DNA of 64,000 nucleotides. Origin: Negaprion brevirostris. Lineage: Eukaryota. Location of the stretch: positions 60,616,284-60,680,283 of the forward strand of contig JARDVH010000163.1 of the NCBI GenBank assembly GCA_030324005.1, in the 5' to 3' direction. A program made the translations under genes and the position numbers. Shown piece after piece: positions 38,400-51,647 of the stretch. The notes beneath the pieces are model-generated. The model did not search any database and was not told where the DNA came from. It worked only from the letters and a program-made list of their open reading frames with translations. Positions within the stretch are counted from its first letter, which is position 1; each line of letters starts with the position of its first letter.

Positions 38400-38925
38400 C
38401 ATAGAATCCTACAGCGCAGAAGGAGGCCATTCAGCCCATCGAGTCTGCACCAACCACAATCCCACCCAGGTCCTATCCCCATGACTTCATGCATTTACCT
38501 TAGCTAGCCCCCTGATAGTGATGGACAATTTAGCATGGCCAATCCACCTAAGTTAGAAGTCTCACAACACCAGATTAAAGTCCAGCAGGTTTATTTGGTC
38601 GCAAAAGACACTAAGTCGTGTGACAAAGCAGCAGCGCTCTGAAAGCTAGTGGCTTTTGCTACCAAATAAACCTGTTGGACTTTAACCTGGTGTTATGAAA
38701 CTTCTTACTGTGTTTACCCCAGTCCGACGCTGGCATCTCCACATCATGACAATCCATCTAACCCATACATCTTTGGGCCGTGGGAGAAAACCAGAGCACC
38801 TAGGGGAAACCCACGCAGACACAGGGTGCATGTGCAAATTCCATACGGACAGTGACCCAAGCCAGGTATCAAACCCAGATCCCTGGTACTGTAAGGCAGA
38901 AGTGCTAACCACAGTGCCACATGCC
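38400..38925 (-). mobile_element. V-SINE (HE1-like) split by a Penelope-like insertion
   Basis: Head at ~38925-38850 and tail at ~38400; continuous once 38552-38761 is removed. Confidence 0.82.
38552..38749 (+). mobile_element. Short Penelope-like fold-back insertion nested in a SINE
   Basis: 38555-38615 is the reverse complement of ~38645-38706; flanked by caatccacctaa and caatccatctaa. Confidence 0.75.
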
Positions 38926-39782
38926 AGCCAGTCGTCCATCAAATGATTGGTGGCTGTGCAGGCATATTTACCTTTCGGTCCTGGGCTGCGGAATTGTGAT
39001 TTGATATGTTCTTAATAGTGGGACCCTCAGGTGGAGGAGGAGTTATTGCAGAAGTTGTACAAAAACAAACATAAAGCAGGCAAGAAATCAATCAAAACCT
39101 TGCAGACTCTGCTTGGTGCTGGATCCTATTTATTTTGTGGGTGAAACTATTGCCAGTTTTCTGCTCTGTGATCCTAGACGGATGGACCAGGTCTGCTCCT
39201 TACCACCCACCCTTTCTCACCGAATGGAGTCATGAAGCAACACAGGATAACTCTGCCTTTCTCTCCCTACTTATATGGCAGTGCCAACCCACTATTCAGT
39301 GTCTTGGGCTGTACAGCTCAGTTGAGATCATTCCACCCACAGTTGTTAGTCTTTGCCCTAGCTTTATGCTGCCACACTGCACCCCAAAGTTAGCAGCATT
39401 CAGTATTTAGCTAGCAGGAAAGCAATCAAATAACAGCTCTTTTCATGAGTTTCACATCCTGAGAAACATTACAAGAAAATTATGGTGAAATTGATATTAA
39501 GTACTAAAACCAGTTTTTTCCAAAATTGTTCTCTTGCTTCAGCCTGCAAGAGATGATGCAGCTGGAGGACAGAACACTGTAAGGACCTGTTTGTGCTGTA
39601 GTTTTTCTATGTTCTATAATTTCATAAATTTCTATTAAGTCGTCCCTCAACCTCTGTCTTTCCAGGAAGAACAACCCCAGTTTACTCAATCTCACCTCAC
39701 ATGTTTCCTGGAGTTCTTTGTAATGGGGAAGCCATGTTTGTCAGTCATTGGGGAAAAGAGAAATTGCATGGGTGACACTTAC

Positions 39783-39860
39783 CCTGATACAACCAGCTTC
39801 ACCTTTACTCTATACGAGACAACAATTCCCCAAACCTCATGATCTATTCCTTCCTTTAAG
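39783..39860 (-). CDS. SAG: Arrestin copy B exon, 78 nt (LKEGIDHEVWGIVVSYRVKVKLVVSG)
   Basis: ttccag/gtaagt boundaries; KEGID...VSYxxKVKLxVSG as in SAG. Confidence 0.94.
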
Positions 39861-42800
39861 CTGGAAACACAAAATGGCAGTGTTAGTTCCTCTGAGGAAG
39901 ACAGACATTAGAAAAAACAAAACATTTTATAGAAAGAGGAAAGGACCTTTGTAGGCTCAAAAATTTACTATTTGTTTAACTGTGAGATAATTGTTTGCCT
40001 TTCTTCCATAGACCTGTTTCAAAAAATTCAGCACTTTGTAATAAGAATTTAATAGGGCTAAGTGCACCTATGGTGCAAACTGGCCCTTGTGTCCCTCGAT
40101 CCCTTCTCACATCATCAACACATTTACAGGTAAATTCATCAGTTACTGGCTCCCAGCAGCATGTTTGGGCCTGATGGTAGTCTGAGTTGGGCTGCAACAC
40201 AATTATCTTAGTTTTCTGCCCTGTATGTCCTTCACGTCACTGCAACAGTGGAATTCTGAAATCGCTGAATTTGAGGTCTATTGGTCACCATTGCTTCAAT
40301 ACCCTTTCCTGGTCATTTATTTAATTGTATAATTCTTATAATACTTTGATTTTAAAATAAAATGGCCTGACTTCTCTACCCATGTCTGACTTGCTTATTT
40401 TTAACTTATATTCCTTGGGATTTGAAACTCTTATCACAAGGAACAATTTGGATTTCATTCATAATCTTGAAAAAAAAATCAATCAGATTAACTCAGTTTN
40501 NNNNNNNNNAAAAGCTTGATGTACAGCAGAGTCCAATATTGATGGTCAGGTTCATCCTCTGCTAAGTATTGAACTGATCACCTAAATCACATCAAGAAAG
40601 TGGCAGAGGGTTGTTGAAAATGTACCCACAGTACCAGTAATACAGTATCACTGCATTCCCAACCAGCTGGGTTTGTTGTGAGAATCTGCTGAGAAAAATC
40701 AGCCTTTCTCAATGGGAGAGGGGAAAATCTCAAAGAGTTACTTCAGATAACAAGCATGTGCATCGCATCCTTTAACCTAGGCCCTGAGTCACAAAAGTGG
40801 AAATCTAAGGACAGGCCACTCGCCAACATTATCCCTCAACTTCACGTGGGGCTTGACATTGGAATATGACACCATTAGCATGTGACAAAGGGATGCCAGG
40901 ATACGAGGTAAAGGTGCAGGCATGTCATCAAATTTAAAGAGATTTAGAAAGCTTTAGAAAGTGAATTATTTCCAAGTTACAATTAANNNNNNNNNNNNNN
41001 NNNNNNNNNNNNNNNNNNNNNNNNNNNNNNNNNNNNNNNNNNNNNNNNNNNNNNNNNNNNNNNNNNNNNNNNNNNNNNNNNNNNNNNNNNNNNNNNNNNN
41101 NNNAATATCCCGTTGGGAGGGAGGCTGTGAAATCCTGGCACTAAACTTCTAAAAAAGGTATTGCATAAAGGAAGTTCAAGTAGTGCTTTGGCAACAGTGA
41201 TACAACAGTGTTATATCAAATACATCAATTAAGCAGTAACCAGAATTTTCTTTTTATTTGGCTAAGTATCAACTCAGGCAGGAAAAGCAGTGTGAAGCCA
41301 GCTGGAAATCCTGGAGGTGGGTGCTTGCCAGGAACTCTTGGTCTCCAAGAGATCATGATGCCCTGTTTATAGGGCAACACGATCTAAAAAGAATAAAAAA
41401 TCGGACAAGGGAAACCTCCACACATGTACACGGCCCGGCCCATCCTCCTTCCTATTAAGAAATGGAACTACCCCTTACGCCAGGAACTCTCACCAACAGT
41501 GGGGCCTTTCCCGTGGACACAGGGAAACCCTCCTTTCACAGACCCCCCATCAGACGCACCCCCCACCTTGGCACTTCCCCCAGTGCCGGGGGGCACAGTG
41601 TCAGGGTACTGCCCAGGCATGACTCTCTTCCTCCCTGGGGGCTGTACTTATCTGTGTGCCCCCAGTCGGCTTCCTTCGCTAGGTCAGCATTTGTCAGGAC
41701 CTGTTTCAAAACCTTCTGACGTGACATCACATTGGCAATGGGAGGAAATCCTAATATGGGGGGGTAATACAGTGGGGAGGCCCACTAATGACATGTTAAT
41801 GTATGGTAATGAGGTTCCTGACCTTTCATAACAGGTACCCCATTACATCAATGGATGAAAAGGGGGCAGGAGAGCAATCAGAATGGGAATTCCTGTTGGT
41901 GTAAAAGCGGTTTGGGAATTCTTGTTAAAAACTGGCCAGTGCCTCATACTGATCACAACCGTTATTTGCAATATTGGTTTATGCTTAGAATGCCAACAAA
42001 CAGTAGAGTGACTCTCATCAAGTCAGATATTTCCCATGAATATTCATTTTACAGCTGTACAGGATTCCAGTAATGGACACATCCTGTCTCAGGGTAAACT
42101 TGTTTTGCAAGGGAGGCATCAAACAAGTTTAGGCTCCTTATTTACAAATGAAAATGACAAAAGATCTGCTGTTTCAGCCATGGGCAAACTATTCTGATTC
42201 TTCTTGCCTTTATCAATATGGTAAATTCCATAGACCTGGAGTCAGAAATGTGCACCTGCTCCCTGACTACTATGTTGGTTCCTTAATGGACCAGTTGGTG
42301 CCACATAGTGCCAGCATCACAACCCAATTTAGAAACAAGTGCCAATATTAAAGAATAGGTCATGTAGTTGGTTGAAGTCAACTCAGGGCTGAGTTCAAAC
42401 AGACCCCATTTCTGATTGGGAAAAGGGCCCTATCCTGTCGTGCGGGAGGTATGAATCTTTAGAGAAGTTTGCATGGTCTTGAAGGGCACATAAGCTCCAG
42501 AGAACTATCAAGTTATTAAATTATTTAAATGGCCAGCCCTTTAAAATTGAAATTAAAACTGCCTACCTCTATCTGCAAGAGTTGTAAAAATCTGTTCTAA
42601 TAGTTACAATAGATATTTGTTGGAATTACCCTAATTGCCATGATTATAGCATTATTAATATGTTGCTGCTTTATACAACCTATCATTATCACAGTGGGGA
42701 TTATAAACTCACAGTTTGGTTGGCAGCTCAGAAAGGTTATTAGATGTATCAGGGTCATAGGTTGGCATGGAGGACATAGTGGTGCATTGGGGGTGGGTAA

Positions 42801-44566
42801 AGGCATGGTTAAGCACGGATGGGCATAGGCTGTGGATGGGAGGTGAGGGAAGGTGAGGGGTCAGAGCAAGAGGGCCTAATCTTTAAGAAAACAACCAGGG
42901 TGATATCCTAGAGAATCAGCATGATCCTTTTAAATAGCCTGCCTTAATACTTATTAGAAGTATTATATGTCTTTAATATGGGGTTATGAAAACAAATGTT
43001 TTATAAGGTTAAGAATTTGAGGGGATCTAAAATGTTTTGAATGGGCTTTCATGAATGGAACTTTTTATACAGTGAAGTCCATAATAGATATTGGAAGTTT
43101 ATTTTATTCCATTTCAGCATGCCCCTCGAGTTTTGCCTATAGTAGATACTGAGTTGACTTGGAAGACGTAAAGGGAAGTGGTGCTGCTGGAGAGCTTGGG
43201 TTGGCATTAAGATGGTGTGATGCCCTAAGGGGCCATGGGAATGGGCAGATTATGAATTGATACTAAGTTGGTACAGGGGCTACAAGAGGCTATGGGGTAG
43301 TTGGAGGCTGTGGGTTGGCATAGAGGATATGCTGGTCCATGGTGGTGGGTGGAAGCATGGGTTGGCATGTATGGGCATGTGCAGTGGATGAGAGGTGAGG
43401 GAAGGTGAGGAGGGAGAATTAGAGGGTATAATTTTTAAGGAAACAACCAGGACAAAGTCCCAGAAAACTGGTGTAGCCTTTTAAATAGCCCACGTCAAGA
43501 CTTGGCAGCCCATGTGGCCACTTTTGATTTGCATCTCGAAGTGGTAGGTCTGCCTCCATCTGGCACCCGTTCCTCCCTGAACAATGATCCCACCATTTAG
43601 GGGACTTTTTTCCCTCGAGGTGTCTGCAATAAATGGGAAATTTCCTGTTTTGAGCTACCCTCCTTGTGAGTGATAATTTGGGCCACAGGATTATGACTGC
43701 TCTTATCTCGTAGGATGAACATTAACATTGGCTGCAACAAAAACAGAAAATGCTGAAATATCTCAGCAGGTCTGTGGAGAGGGAAAAGAGCTAACATTTC
43801 AAGCCTGGATGACTCAAGAGAAGTGTACACCGTACACTGTCACAGAACACATTCCTGAATCTCATAATATGCATGGACATAAATATTGCGATTTGTACAT
43901 GCATCACCAAAATTTTATGAACACATCGAAGTTCTCATTAAGGTATCTCATGAGTGTGGATTCCATTATGGGCGGCTCCATTTTGCACTCTCAGAAATCT
44001 TTCTCTACCTTCACTGTATTGCTTACACATGACCTGGGATGGATTCATTGTGTTAAAGGGAGATGTTGTGACGTGGTCGGTAGTATCACTGGTTCTGAGC
44101 CAGGACATCTAGGTTCAAGTCTCACCATAGGACTTGATGGCCAAGGATGGTGCGTTCATAATGTGGCCAAACAAGTTGAGCATCAAGTTGCGAAATACTT
44201 CTAATTCACACCAATGGCAGGTGGTAAGGGCGGGGGGAAACGCCTGGTCAGTCATGCTTGATACGGAGTGGCATCCGTCAAGCTATTAGCCTCTGGTGAC
44301 AGATCTGTTCCAGGGTAAACCTTGCTATAGGAACAGATGCAAGTCTATCTTGGCATGGGAAGAGAAACAATAACATTGTGCTAAAGGGGCTGCAAATTGT
44401 TGCTGATGACAAAATGAGGCAAATGATTGCAGTGTGCACTGCACATGCCTGAATCCCAAAACAAATACAGGGAATATGTCACATGTAGGAGATAGATCTT
44501 TGAAAGAAAATGTTGAACCATTGTTGCATGAGTTACTCATTGCAGCATCACGCTTGCCCATCTTAC

Positions 44567-44704
44567 ATAGTAGTAGAAGCCAAGTTGGTATCATCATCTC
44601 TGATTTTTCCATCCAATGCCATACCATGCTTCTCACGGTTATTAGCAATTATAGGGTAGAGTGTGTAAATCTTCTTCAGAGTGGAACCTGGAGTGACCTG
44701 TTCA
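44567..44704 (-). CDS. SAG: Arrestin copy B exon, 138 nt ([11 protein letters not shown]...[17 protein letters not shown])
   Basis: gtacag/gtaaga boundaries; ANNREK.G.ALDGKI...DTNLAS motif. Confidence 0.94.
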
Positions 44705-44774
44705 CTGTACAGAAAAACATTTATCAACACAAGTGAAATAAATCTGAACACAATCTCCAAACATCTACTGTGCA

Positions 44775-44885
44775 TCTAAATATACCCATTACCATTCCAA
44801 ATATACTCCATCATCACTCCAAATATATCCCATCATCACTCCAAATTGACCCTACCACCAATCCAAATATTCTACGCCATCATTA
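44775..44885 (+). repeat. Short ~21-22-bp tandem repeat (CCATCATCACTCCAAATAT-like)
   Basis: About five degenerate units next to the acceptor of the 138-nt exon. Confidence 0.7.
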
Positions 44886-45287
44886 TTTCAAGGTAAAACT
44901 CAACGAGAATTAAGTAAGCACTGTGTGAATTGCTCAGTGTGTGATTTTAAAGTGCATGTTTTGAAACAATAATAAATAAAGTTAATGGTCAGATGTCCCT
45001 AGCTTTCTAAATCCATTAGGATTAAGGATAAGAATGATATCCAACATACTTGACCTACTGCAGACCAGAAGCCATCAGGTTACATAGAAATGTAGCACCA
45101 TAACTCTACAAAATGTATGCTTTTATTTTCTTTGCATATGGACTGTCGAGCTATGGAGAACTGAACTAGGTGTGCAAATTCTTCACTGGTTGCAAAGATA
45201 AATAAATTCACATACTGGTCAACCACCACTTATATTGCTTGCTGCTAGGAAACTGTGCCAAAGAACTGGACTGAATATTTCACTTAC

Positions 45288-45360
45288 TCTGTTTCCTCCT
45301 CAGCCACGTTCTGAATGTACTTGTCATGCGAGTACAATACCACTGATAAAATCTGATCAG
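45288..45360 (-). CDS. SAG: Arrestin copy B exon, 73 nt (DQILSVVLYSHDKYIQNVAEEET)
   Basis: cctcag/gtaagt boundaries; VVLYSxDxY motif. Confidence 0.93.
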
Positions 45361-47289
45361 CTGAGGATAAAGACAATATAGTTACAAATCTCTGAACAGT
45401 TCAAAGATACACAACAACATTCATGAACAAGAAGAAAGAAAAAAAATGCATTTATTGAGCATATTTCACAACCACAGGATGTCCCAAAACATTTGAAGGC
45501 TCACGAAATACTCCTGAAGCGGCTGTAATGGAGAAATCATGGCAGACAATTTGCACAAAACAAGATCCCATGTGATCTTGACATTACCTGCCTTTTGAAA
45601 TCCATTTTAATTTATTATTTGGGACGGGAGTGCCTTGGCAGCACCAATGAATTTTTTGGGGTTTATTTTAAATTTGAAGCCAGGACATAAACCAGAAAAG
45701 CAGATCAAATGCCACAAACTGACCAAATTACATTCCCACAAAGTACAATTGCTCAGTACAATTGGGCAACTGGGGAATAAGGCTGAATTAACATCCTTGT
45801 AACATGGATCTATTGGATCTAAGTGGCAATATACCGGGCTGCATTTTGCATTTAAACATTTGGTTTTTCTTTTTATTCTTTCATGAAATGTCACTGGCAA
45901 AGACAGCATTTGTTGTCTATCACTAATTGCCTTTGAACTGAGTGGCTAACTAAGTAATTTCAGAGAGCAGTTAAGATTCAAGCACAGTGCTTTGGATCTG
46001 GAGTCACATGTAGGCCATAGCAGGTGAGTATGGCAGATTTCCTTCCCTAAGGTAATCTTGATTAATGTTCTAGAGATTTGGCTGGAATTGTACTGACATG
46101 CGTGGGTCCCGCAGTTGGGTTCGAATGTAGGCCTCAAGCCTGTATAAGTGAAGCTGAGAAGGAGATTTTACCAATGATGGCTGATATCAAGATTGCCACC
46201 TAATTATGAATGATGGCCACCTCTCCAAGCTATCGGCTCAATCAAAGGATCAATGACACTCAGTCTTGGCTGCTCTGCTAATAGAGGTGACTATTCCTAA
46301 GGCTGCAGGAAGGACAGGACATACCCATGTTCATGTATTTACATAGCACAGGTGAGAAGGTTTTTCAATGTGTCACAGCAGGGCAGGCAGACTGTGTTGA
46401 CTGGAGGAGGGTAAACAATCCAATGGCAATTTTGGAGCCTCAGGTGAATCCAATTCTGCAGGATAGGTGAGGGCTCTCCATGAAACATAAAGCCTCAGCA
46501 AAAGAAGACCCAACCTCCCTGTGAAGCTGTTGATAGGCCACTTTGATCTCTGGTAGTCCCCACATATGCCAGGGTCCATTCCACACTCACAGGGGCATTG
46601 AAGGCTATTAATAAATCTGTTAATTGGGTGAATTGACCACCCACTTCTGGTTGGCAGGTAGCCTAGCCACTGTCCTTCCCAACTTTTAACATTGGGTTTC
46701 CCTCCTGCTGTTTTCCATCATCACTCCCATCTCCCAGCCTTTCTCCAGAGGGCTGGTAAAATCTCAGCCTCCAAGTTCAAATTCCATCATGGCAACTTAG
46801 GAACTAATTTAAAATGCTGAAATAAAAAGCTCGCATTGGTAATGTTGACTATATCACATAAATCAATTTGGCCTAGCAAGTCTCTCAGTTGTGCCGATCC
46901 TTAGACAAGGTATATTAAGAATGAAACTGAATGGAGCCTTTGTCATCAGCATCAAATTCAAACATGACAAAGTTATACCCCTAGCCCAGTCAACCTTGCA
47001 AAGTCCAACTCACTAACACCTTGAGACTTCTGACAAAATTAAAAGATTTGGCCCTCAGATTTGACAAACAACAGCCTCACACATTCATACTCTGAGAATC
47101 AAAACCCTGAAACTTTTTCCCTCGCCAAACTGTAGGTCTGTCTTCACTGCATGGACAACAATAGTTCAAGAAGGTGGCTAGGCACACCTTCTCAAGATAA
47201 TTAGGGATAGGTAACAAATATTGGACTTGCCTGCAATGTCTACATTCCATGAATGAATTTTTTAAAATCACCCAGCCTTTTTTTCATAC

Positions 47290-47374
47290 CTGTTATTTTA
47301 ATCTTTTTCACAGTCTTGGTGGAATGATTGATCACCTCAACATTGACTTCAACCGGCTCACCATGGTAAAAGAT
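47290..47374 (-). CDS. SAG: Arrestin copy B exon, 85 nt (IFYHGEPVEVNVEVINHSTKTVKKIKIT)
   Basis: ttatag/gtatga boundaries; YHGEP...KTVKKIK motif. Confidence 0.94.
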
Positions 47375-48071
47375 CTATAAAAAAATGCTGCTTAAATCAG
47401 GACAATATCTTACAAAGATCACATTTGGCCCAGTAAATTCATCCTTCCGTGCCAACCTATCACTCTGCATTCACAAAACCTAACAGCCTGTTGAAAAATT
47501 GAAAGTTTTGCCTTCACCCAAAGTCTATCCCAGGTACTGATCATTCTTCCTGTAAAGAGCCTGATCTCAGCTCTGAGCTTTGCATATCACCAATTTGTAT
47601 CTACACACCTTTGTGCTCCTAGTTTAACTTTAAATACTGACTCGGGTTATTGTCATTAGTTCACTTGGTGTATTGTCAACCTCTTGTTTCCTTTTCTTTC
47701 AGACATGAAGAGCTGAACATGATTATGTTGTTCAGTCCTCTATTGCTAGGAATTAGGAGAGGGGAGCTGAATTTCAAGTCTGGTGACTATTGTGTGTGCA
47801 GTCACAGAGTGGGGAAATGTGGGGGTCTGCTCCTGCCAATGATATCAGAGGGAGGACTGATCCATTTTCATGCCCAGACATTGTTGTCCCACCCACAGCA
47901 TTGAGTAAGCCCTGACAGACACCCTCCTGATCAGAATGAATTCAAAATTCATTAACAGGATGTGGGCACTACTGGTTAAGCCAGGATTTAGTGCCCATCT
48001 CTAGTTGCCCTTGAGAAGGTGGCAGTGAGCTGCCTCCTTGAACCATTGCAGCCCCTGAGGTACAAGTACAC

Positions 48072-48321
48072 TGTAAGAAGTCTCACAACACCAGGTTAAA
48101 GTCCAACAGGTTTATTTGGTAGCAAAATCCATTAGCTTTCAGAGCACTGCTCCTTCATCAGATAAGTAGGAGTTCTGTTCACAAACAGGGCACATAAAGA
48201 CACAAACTCAGTTTACAAAATAATGGTTGGAATGCAACTCTTCACAGGTAATCAAGCCTTAAAGGTACAGGCAATGTGAGTGGAGAGAGGGTTAAGCACA
48301 GGTTAAAGAGATGTGTACTGT
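48072..48321 (-). mobile_element. Penelope-like element end with hammerhead-like core at 48129-48169
   Basis: Minus strand reads CUGAUGA-A-GGAGC-AGU-GCUCU-GAAA-GCUA followed by the family tail. Confidence 0.72.
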
Positions 48322-49081
48322 NNNNNNNNNNNNNNNNNNNNNNNNNNNNNNNNNNNNNNNNNNNNNNNNNNNNNNNNNNNNNNNNNNNNNNNNNNNNNNN
48401 NNNNNNNNNNNNNNNNNNNNNNNNNNNNNNNNNNNNNNNNNNNNNNNNNNNNNNNNNNNNNNNNNNNNNNNNNNNNNNNNNNNNNNNNNNNNNNNNNNNN
48501 NNNNNNNNNNNNNNNNNNNNNNNNNNNNNNNNNNNNNNNNNNNNNNNNNNNNNNNNNNNNNNNNNNNNNNNNNNNNNNNNNNNNNNNNNNNNNNNNNNNN
48601 NNNNNNNNNNNNNNNNNNNNNNNNNNNNNNNNNNNNNNNNNNNNNNNNNNNNNNNNNNNCCACCCCCCCCCCCCGCCCCGACCGGGATGGGGGGGTGAGG
48701 AATCACGGTTCCAGGGGTGGGGAGAGTCAGGGAAATTGGGGCTGGCTGAGGTGGGGACATCAGGGCTTTCCCGGAAAGGTGAGGGGGCAATGCAGGATCG
48801 TGGAGCTGGCCAGCTGACGAATCAGCACATGCTCAGTGGTCCACTCAGCACTTTGCTCCAGATTCTCCAGCCCCTGATTTTCAGAGTGAATCCTGCTAGG
48901 GCATTCTGCACTGCTCAGAATGTGGGAGATTCATTCTGAAAGTCACGCTAAAAGAAAATCGGCGGGAGTTACTCCAGTTTCCATGTGAATTTGGCAATTA
49001 AAATTTCTTTGGGAGAATCGTCCCCAATATCTCTGTTTGTCTCCAACTGCCAAGATAAAACCTGATTTATCAAAAGCTCAC

Positions 49082-49217
49082 CTCTTTGTTGAGTGATGCT
49101 TCTAGGTGGAGAGGTTTGTCTGACATGAGGAATTGTCTGGTAATTTTAGCCACTGGCTGAAAAATCGGCTTATCGGGAGCATATTGCATCTTACGGATAA
49201 CCATAAACACAGAACTC
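49082..49217 (-). CDS. SAG: Arrestin copy B exon, 136 nt ([14 protein letters not shown]...[18 protein letters not shown])
   Basis: tgccag/gtgagc boundaries; IRKxQYAP and [14 protein letters not shown] motifs. Confidence 0.94.
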
Positions 49218-49328
49218 CTGGCAGAGAAAATATTTGGGAAAATGGATCACTCACAACAGCTAATTATAACCAGTTATACTATTAGCAATGAAACCACGCT
49301 TGAACTAATTGTTCAAATATAGTTGTGT

Positions 49329-49661
49329 AGTTGGAAAAATGCTTGAATGCAGTTGGAAAAATGCTTGAATGCTTCATCAAAGAAGAAATAGCGAGGCACC
49401 TGGAAAGGAATGGTTTGATAGAGCAGACGCAGCATGGATTTGTTACAGGGAAGTCGTGTTTAACGAATTTATTGGATTTCTATGAGGATGTGACTACTGC
49501 GGTAGACAGAGGGGAACCGATGGATGTGGTGTTTCTAGATTTTCAAAAGGCGTTTGATAAGGTGCCTCATAAAAGGTTGCTACGGAAGGTTAGGGTGCAC
49601 GGAGTTGGGGGTAAGGTGTTAGCGTGGATAGAGGATTGGTTGTCTAATAGGAAGCAGAGAG
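49329..49661 (+). mobile_element. CR1 LINE reverse-transcriptase fragment, 5'-truncated and running into a gap
   Basis: Open frame QHGF..GKSCLTNLL.FYE.VT..VD.GEP.DVV.LDFQKAFDKVPHKRLL. Confidence 0.93.
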
Positions 49662-49836
49662 NNNNNNNNNNNNNNNNNNNNNNNNNNNNNNNNNNNNNNN
49701 NNNNNNNNNNNNNNNNNNNNNNNNNNNNNNNNNNNNNNNNNNNNNNNNNNNNNNNNNNNNNCTGTGTCAGGTTTAAGATCCTGTAGAAAGGAACCAATGC
49801 TAATCACTTTCCAGGTTTAGATGAAAGTACATTTAC

Positions 49837-49910
49837 CTTTTGGAGATTTTCGTATCAATGTTGAGAGTCTTTGCACAAAACGCCGAGATTTGAAAGTCCA
49901 CTCCGCAACA
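49837..49910 (-). CDS. SAG: Arrestin copy B exon, 74 nt (CCGVDFQISAFCAKTLNIDTKISK)
   Basis: ctgtag/gtaaat boundaries; CGVDFxxxAF motif. Confidence 0.93.
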
Positions 49911-50916
49911 CTACAGAAAGCAGAGAAATTCTCCTAAAACATATATACAATAGGGTTGAAAGACCATCACTCTCTTGTTTAAACTTCTACTGGACACAAC
50001 CTATACATCTCGATGTCAAGGAATGGCACTGACTCAACCCAGTGAGGGTGAGTTTGCTCCCTCCAAGAACAAGGCAAAGATGGTGGGTGGAAAATTGAGG
50101 GCATGACAAGCAAGGTAGAGCAAATACAAGAAATCACATGCTACACACACTGTGCACACAGTATGGGACTGGCTTGACTGAACTCTCATTCCCCCTCAAA
50201 AAGACCTGAAAATGGAACATAATGTCGAAGGCTCCAGTCCACTTCCAGTCATCACTCAAAATCTTACTCCAAAAGGCCAATTTTACCCTTTCATTTGCTC
50301 AGTGGCACCCTCTTGAATCTCAACTACTGTAATCACCTTCTCTCAACTTCTACATGGGTAGCAAAAAAGGGTCTAGACCCTTGCACCCCCCTCCCCGCCT
50401 TTATCACTTGCCCAAAAAATTAGCACTTCCAGCAGAGAGAAAAGGAAATTTGGCCTCTAACTGCAACAATATAATTCTCTCTTACCACAATAGACAATCA
50501 AACTCATACAAACTGCACACACTTGTGTCATTACCCAATATTGAACATAAAACAAAGGACCTTCTATTAGAGAAACCACATCAGAATCTCTATTTATCTC
50601 CAGTTAGGTTCAGATTTTAACCATTCAGTCACTTTTTTTTTAACACACCTAGAGCCACAGAACTCCTGTACTCTTAAAAATAAGACAATGAATCCTGCTG
50701 GATGTAGCTTTCATAGATGCTGGTTTTCCTCTGATACCTCACTCAAGCGGCCATTTTTCTTTGTGAACCACTAATGTTATATGAGATGTTGCTCTGGTAC
50801 ATTCAGTGGAGCATCACAACTAGGCTCACCCATTGTACACTGATATGCACTTTCCCAGCAGATATCTCTGGATAATGGTCAGAAGCAGTGCTGCTAGACA
50901 ATTCTACCCCTTGTGG

Positions 50917-51154
50917 GTGGCATGGTAGCACAGTGGTTAGCACTGCTGCTTCACAGCTCTAGGGTCCTGGGTTCAATTCTCGGCTTGGGTCACTGTCTGT
51001 GTGGAGTTTGCACATTCTCCTCGTGTCTGGGTGGGTTTCCTCCAGGTACTCCAGTTTCCTCCCACAGTCCAAAGATGTGCGGGTTAGGTTGATTGGTTCT
51101 GCTAAGAAATTGCCCCTTAGTCTCCAGGGATGCATAGGTTAGAGGGATTAGTGG
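50917..51154 (+). mobile_element. V-SINE (HE1-like), running into a gap
   Basis: tRNA A/B-box head and V-domain. Confidence 0.85.
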
Positions 51155-51647
51155 NNNNNNNNNNNNNNNNNNNNNNNNNNNNNNNNNNNNNNNNNNNNNN
51201 NNNNNNNNNNNNNNNNNNNNNNNNNNNNNNNNNNNNNNNNNNNNNNNNNNNNNNNNNNNNNNNNNNNNNNNNNNNNNNNNNNNNNNNNNNNNNNNNNNNN
51301 NNNNNNNNNNNNNNNNNNNNNNNNNNGAACAAACTGTGGAGTGAGGGTAACTCACTTCTAAACTTTGTCTGTGCTGACTTGACACCAGCCAATAACACCT
51401 GCAATCAAACATTTCAAGGTGGCCCCTGATCTGATTTTATATTGTCATGGTCCTTTTTAGGGGAGTGGGAGGTGTGTTTCCAATTTTACCTGCTGCCCCT
51501 CCAACCTGTCAACAGTGAGTTTAATGGCAGACACAAATTCAGATGCTACTAATCTGGCCATGTGTCACTGCCTCTAAGGTTTTAGCTTTTTTCAGCATCT
51601 TCTAGNNNNNNNNNNGTCAGCAATATTTGGGCCTTACTTTAATGCAC

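Noticed and set aside
38972-39110. Minus-strand exon-like stretch (TTSAITPPPPEGP...QDRK) with a gtaaat donor and pyrimidine tract
   Set aside because: No AG directly after the tract and no arrestin similarity; the flanking 78- and 24-nt exons already join in frame.
39504-39543. LKQENNFGKNWF after a ttgcag acceptor, a first candidate for the 78-nt exon
   Set aside because: It hits a stop, and the true exon is at 39783-39860.
42760-43500. Direct similarity between ~42820-42945 and ~43370-43495
   Set aside because: Looks like two decayed pieces of a G-rich interspersed repeat; no termini or coding signal could be defined.
43728-44204. 158-aa ORF and other long ORFs in the track (895-1317, 5645-6001, 41424-41831, N-spanning ORFs)
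   Set aside because: No recognisable domain; they are intronic and cross repeat boundaries or N gaps.
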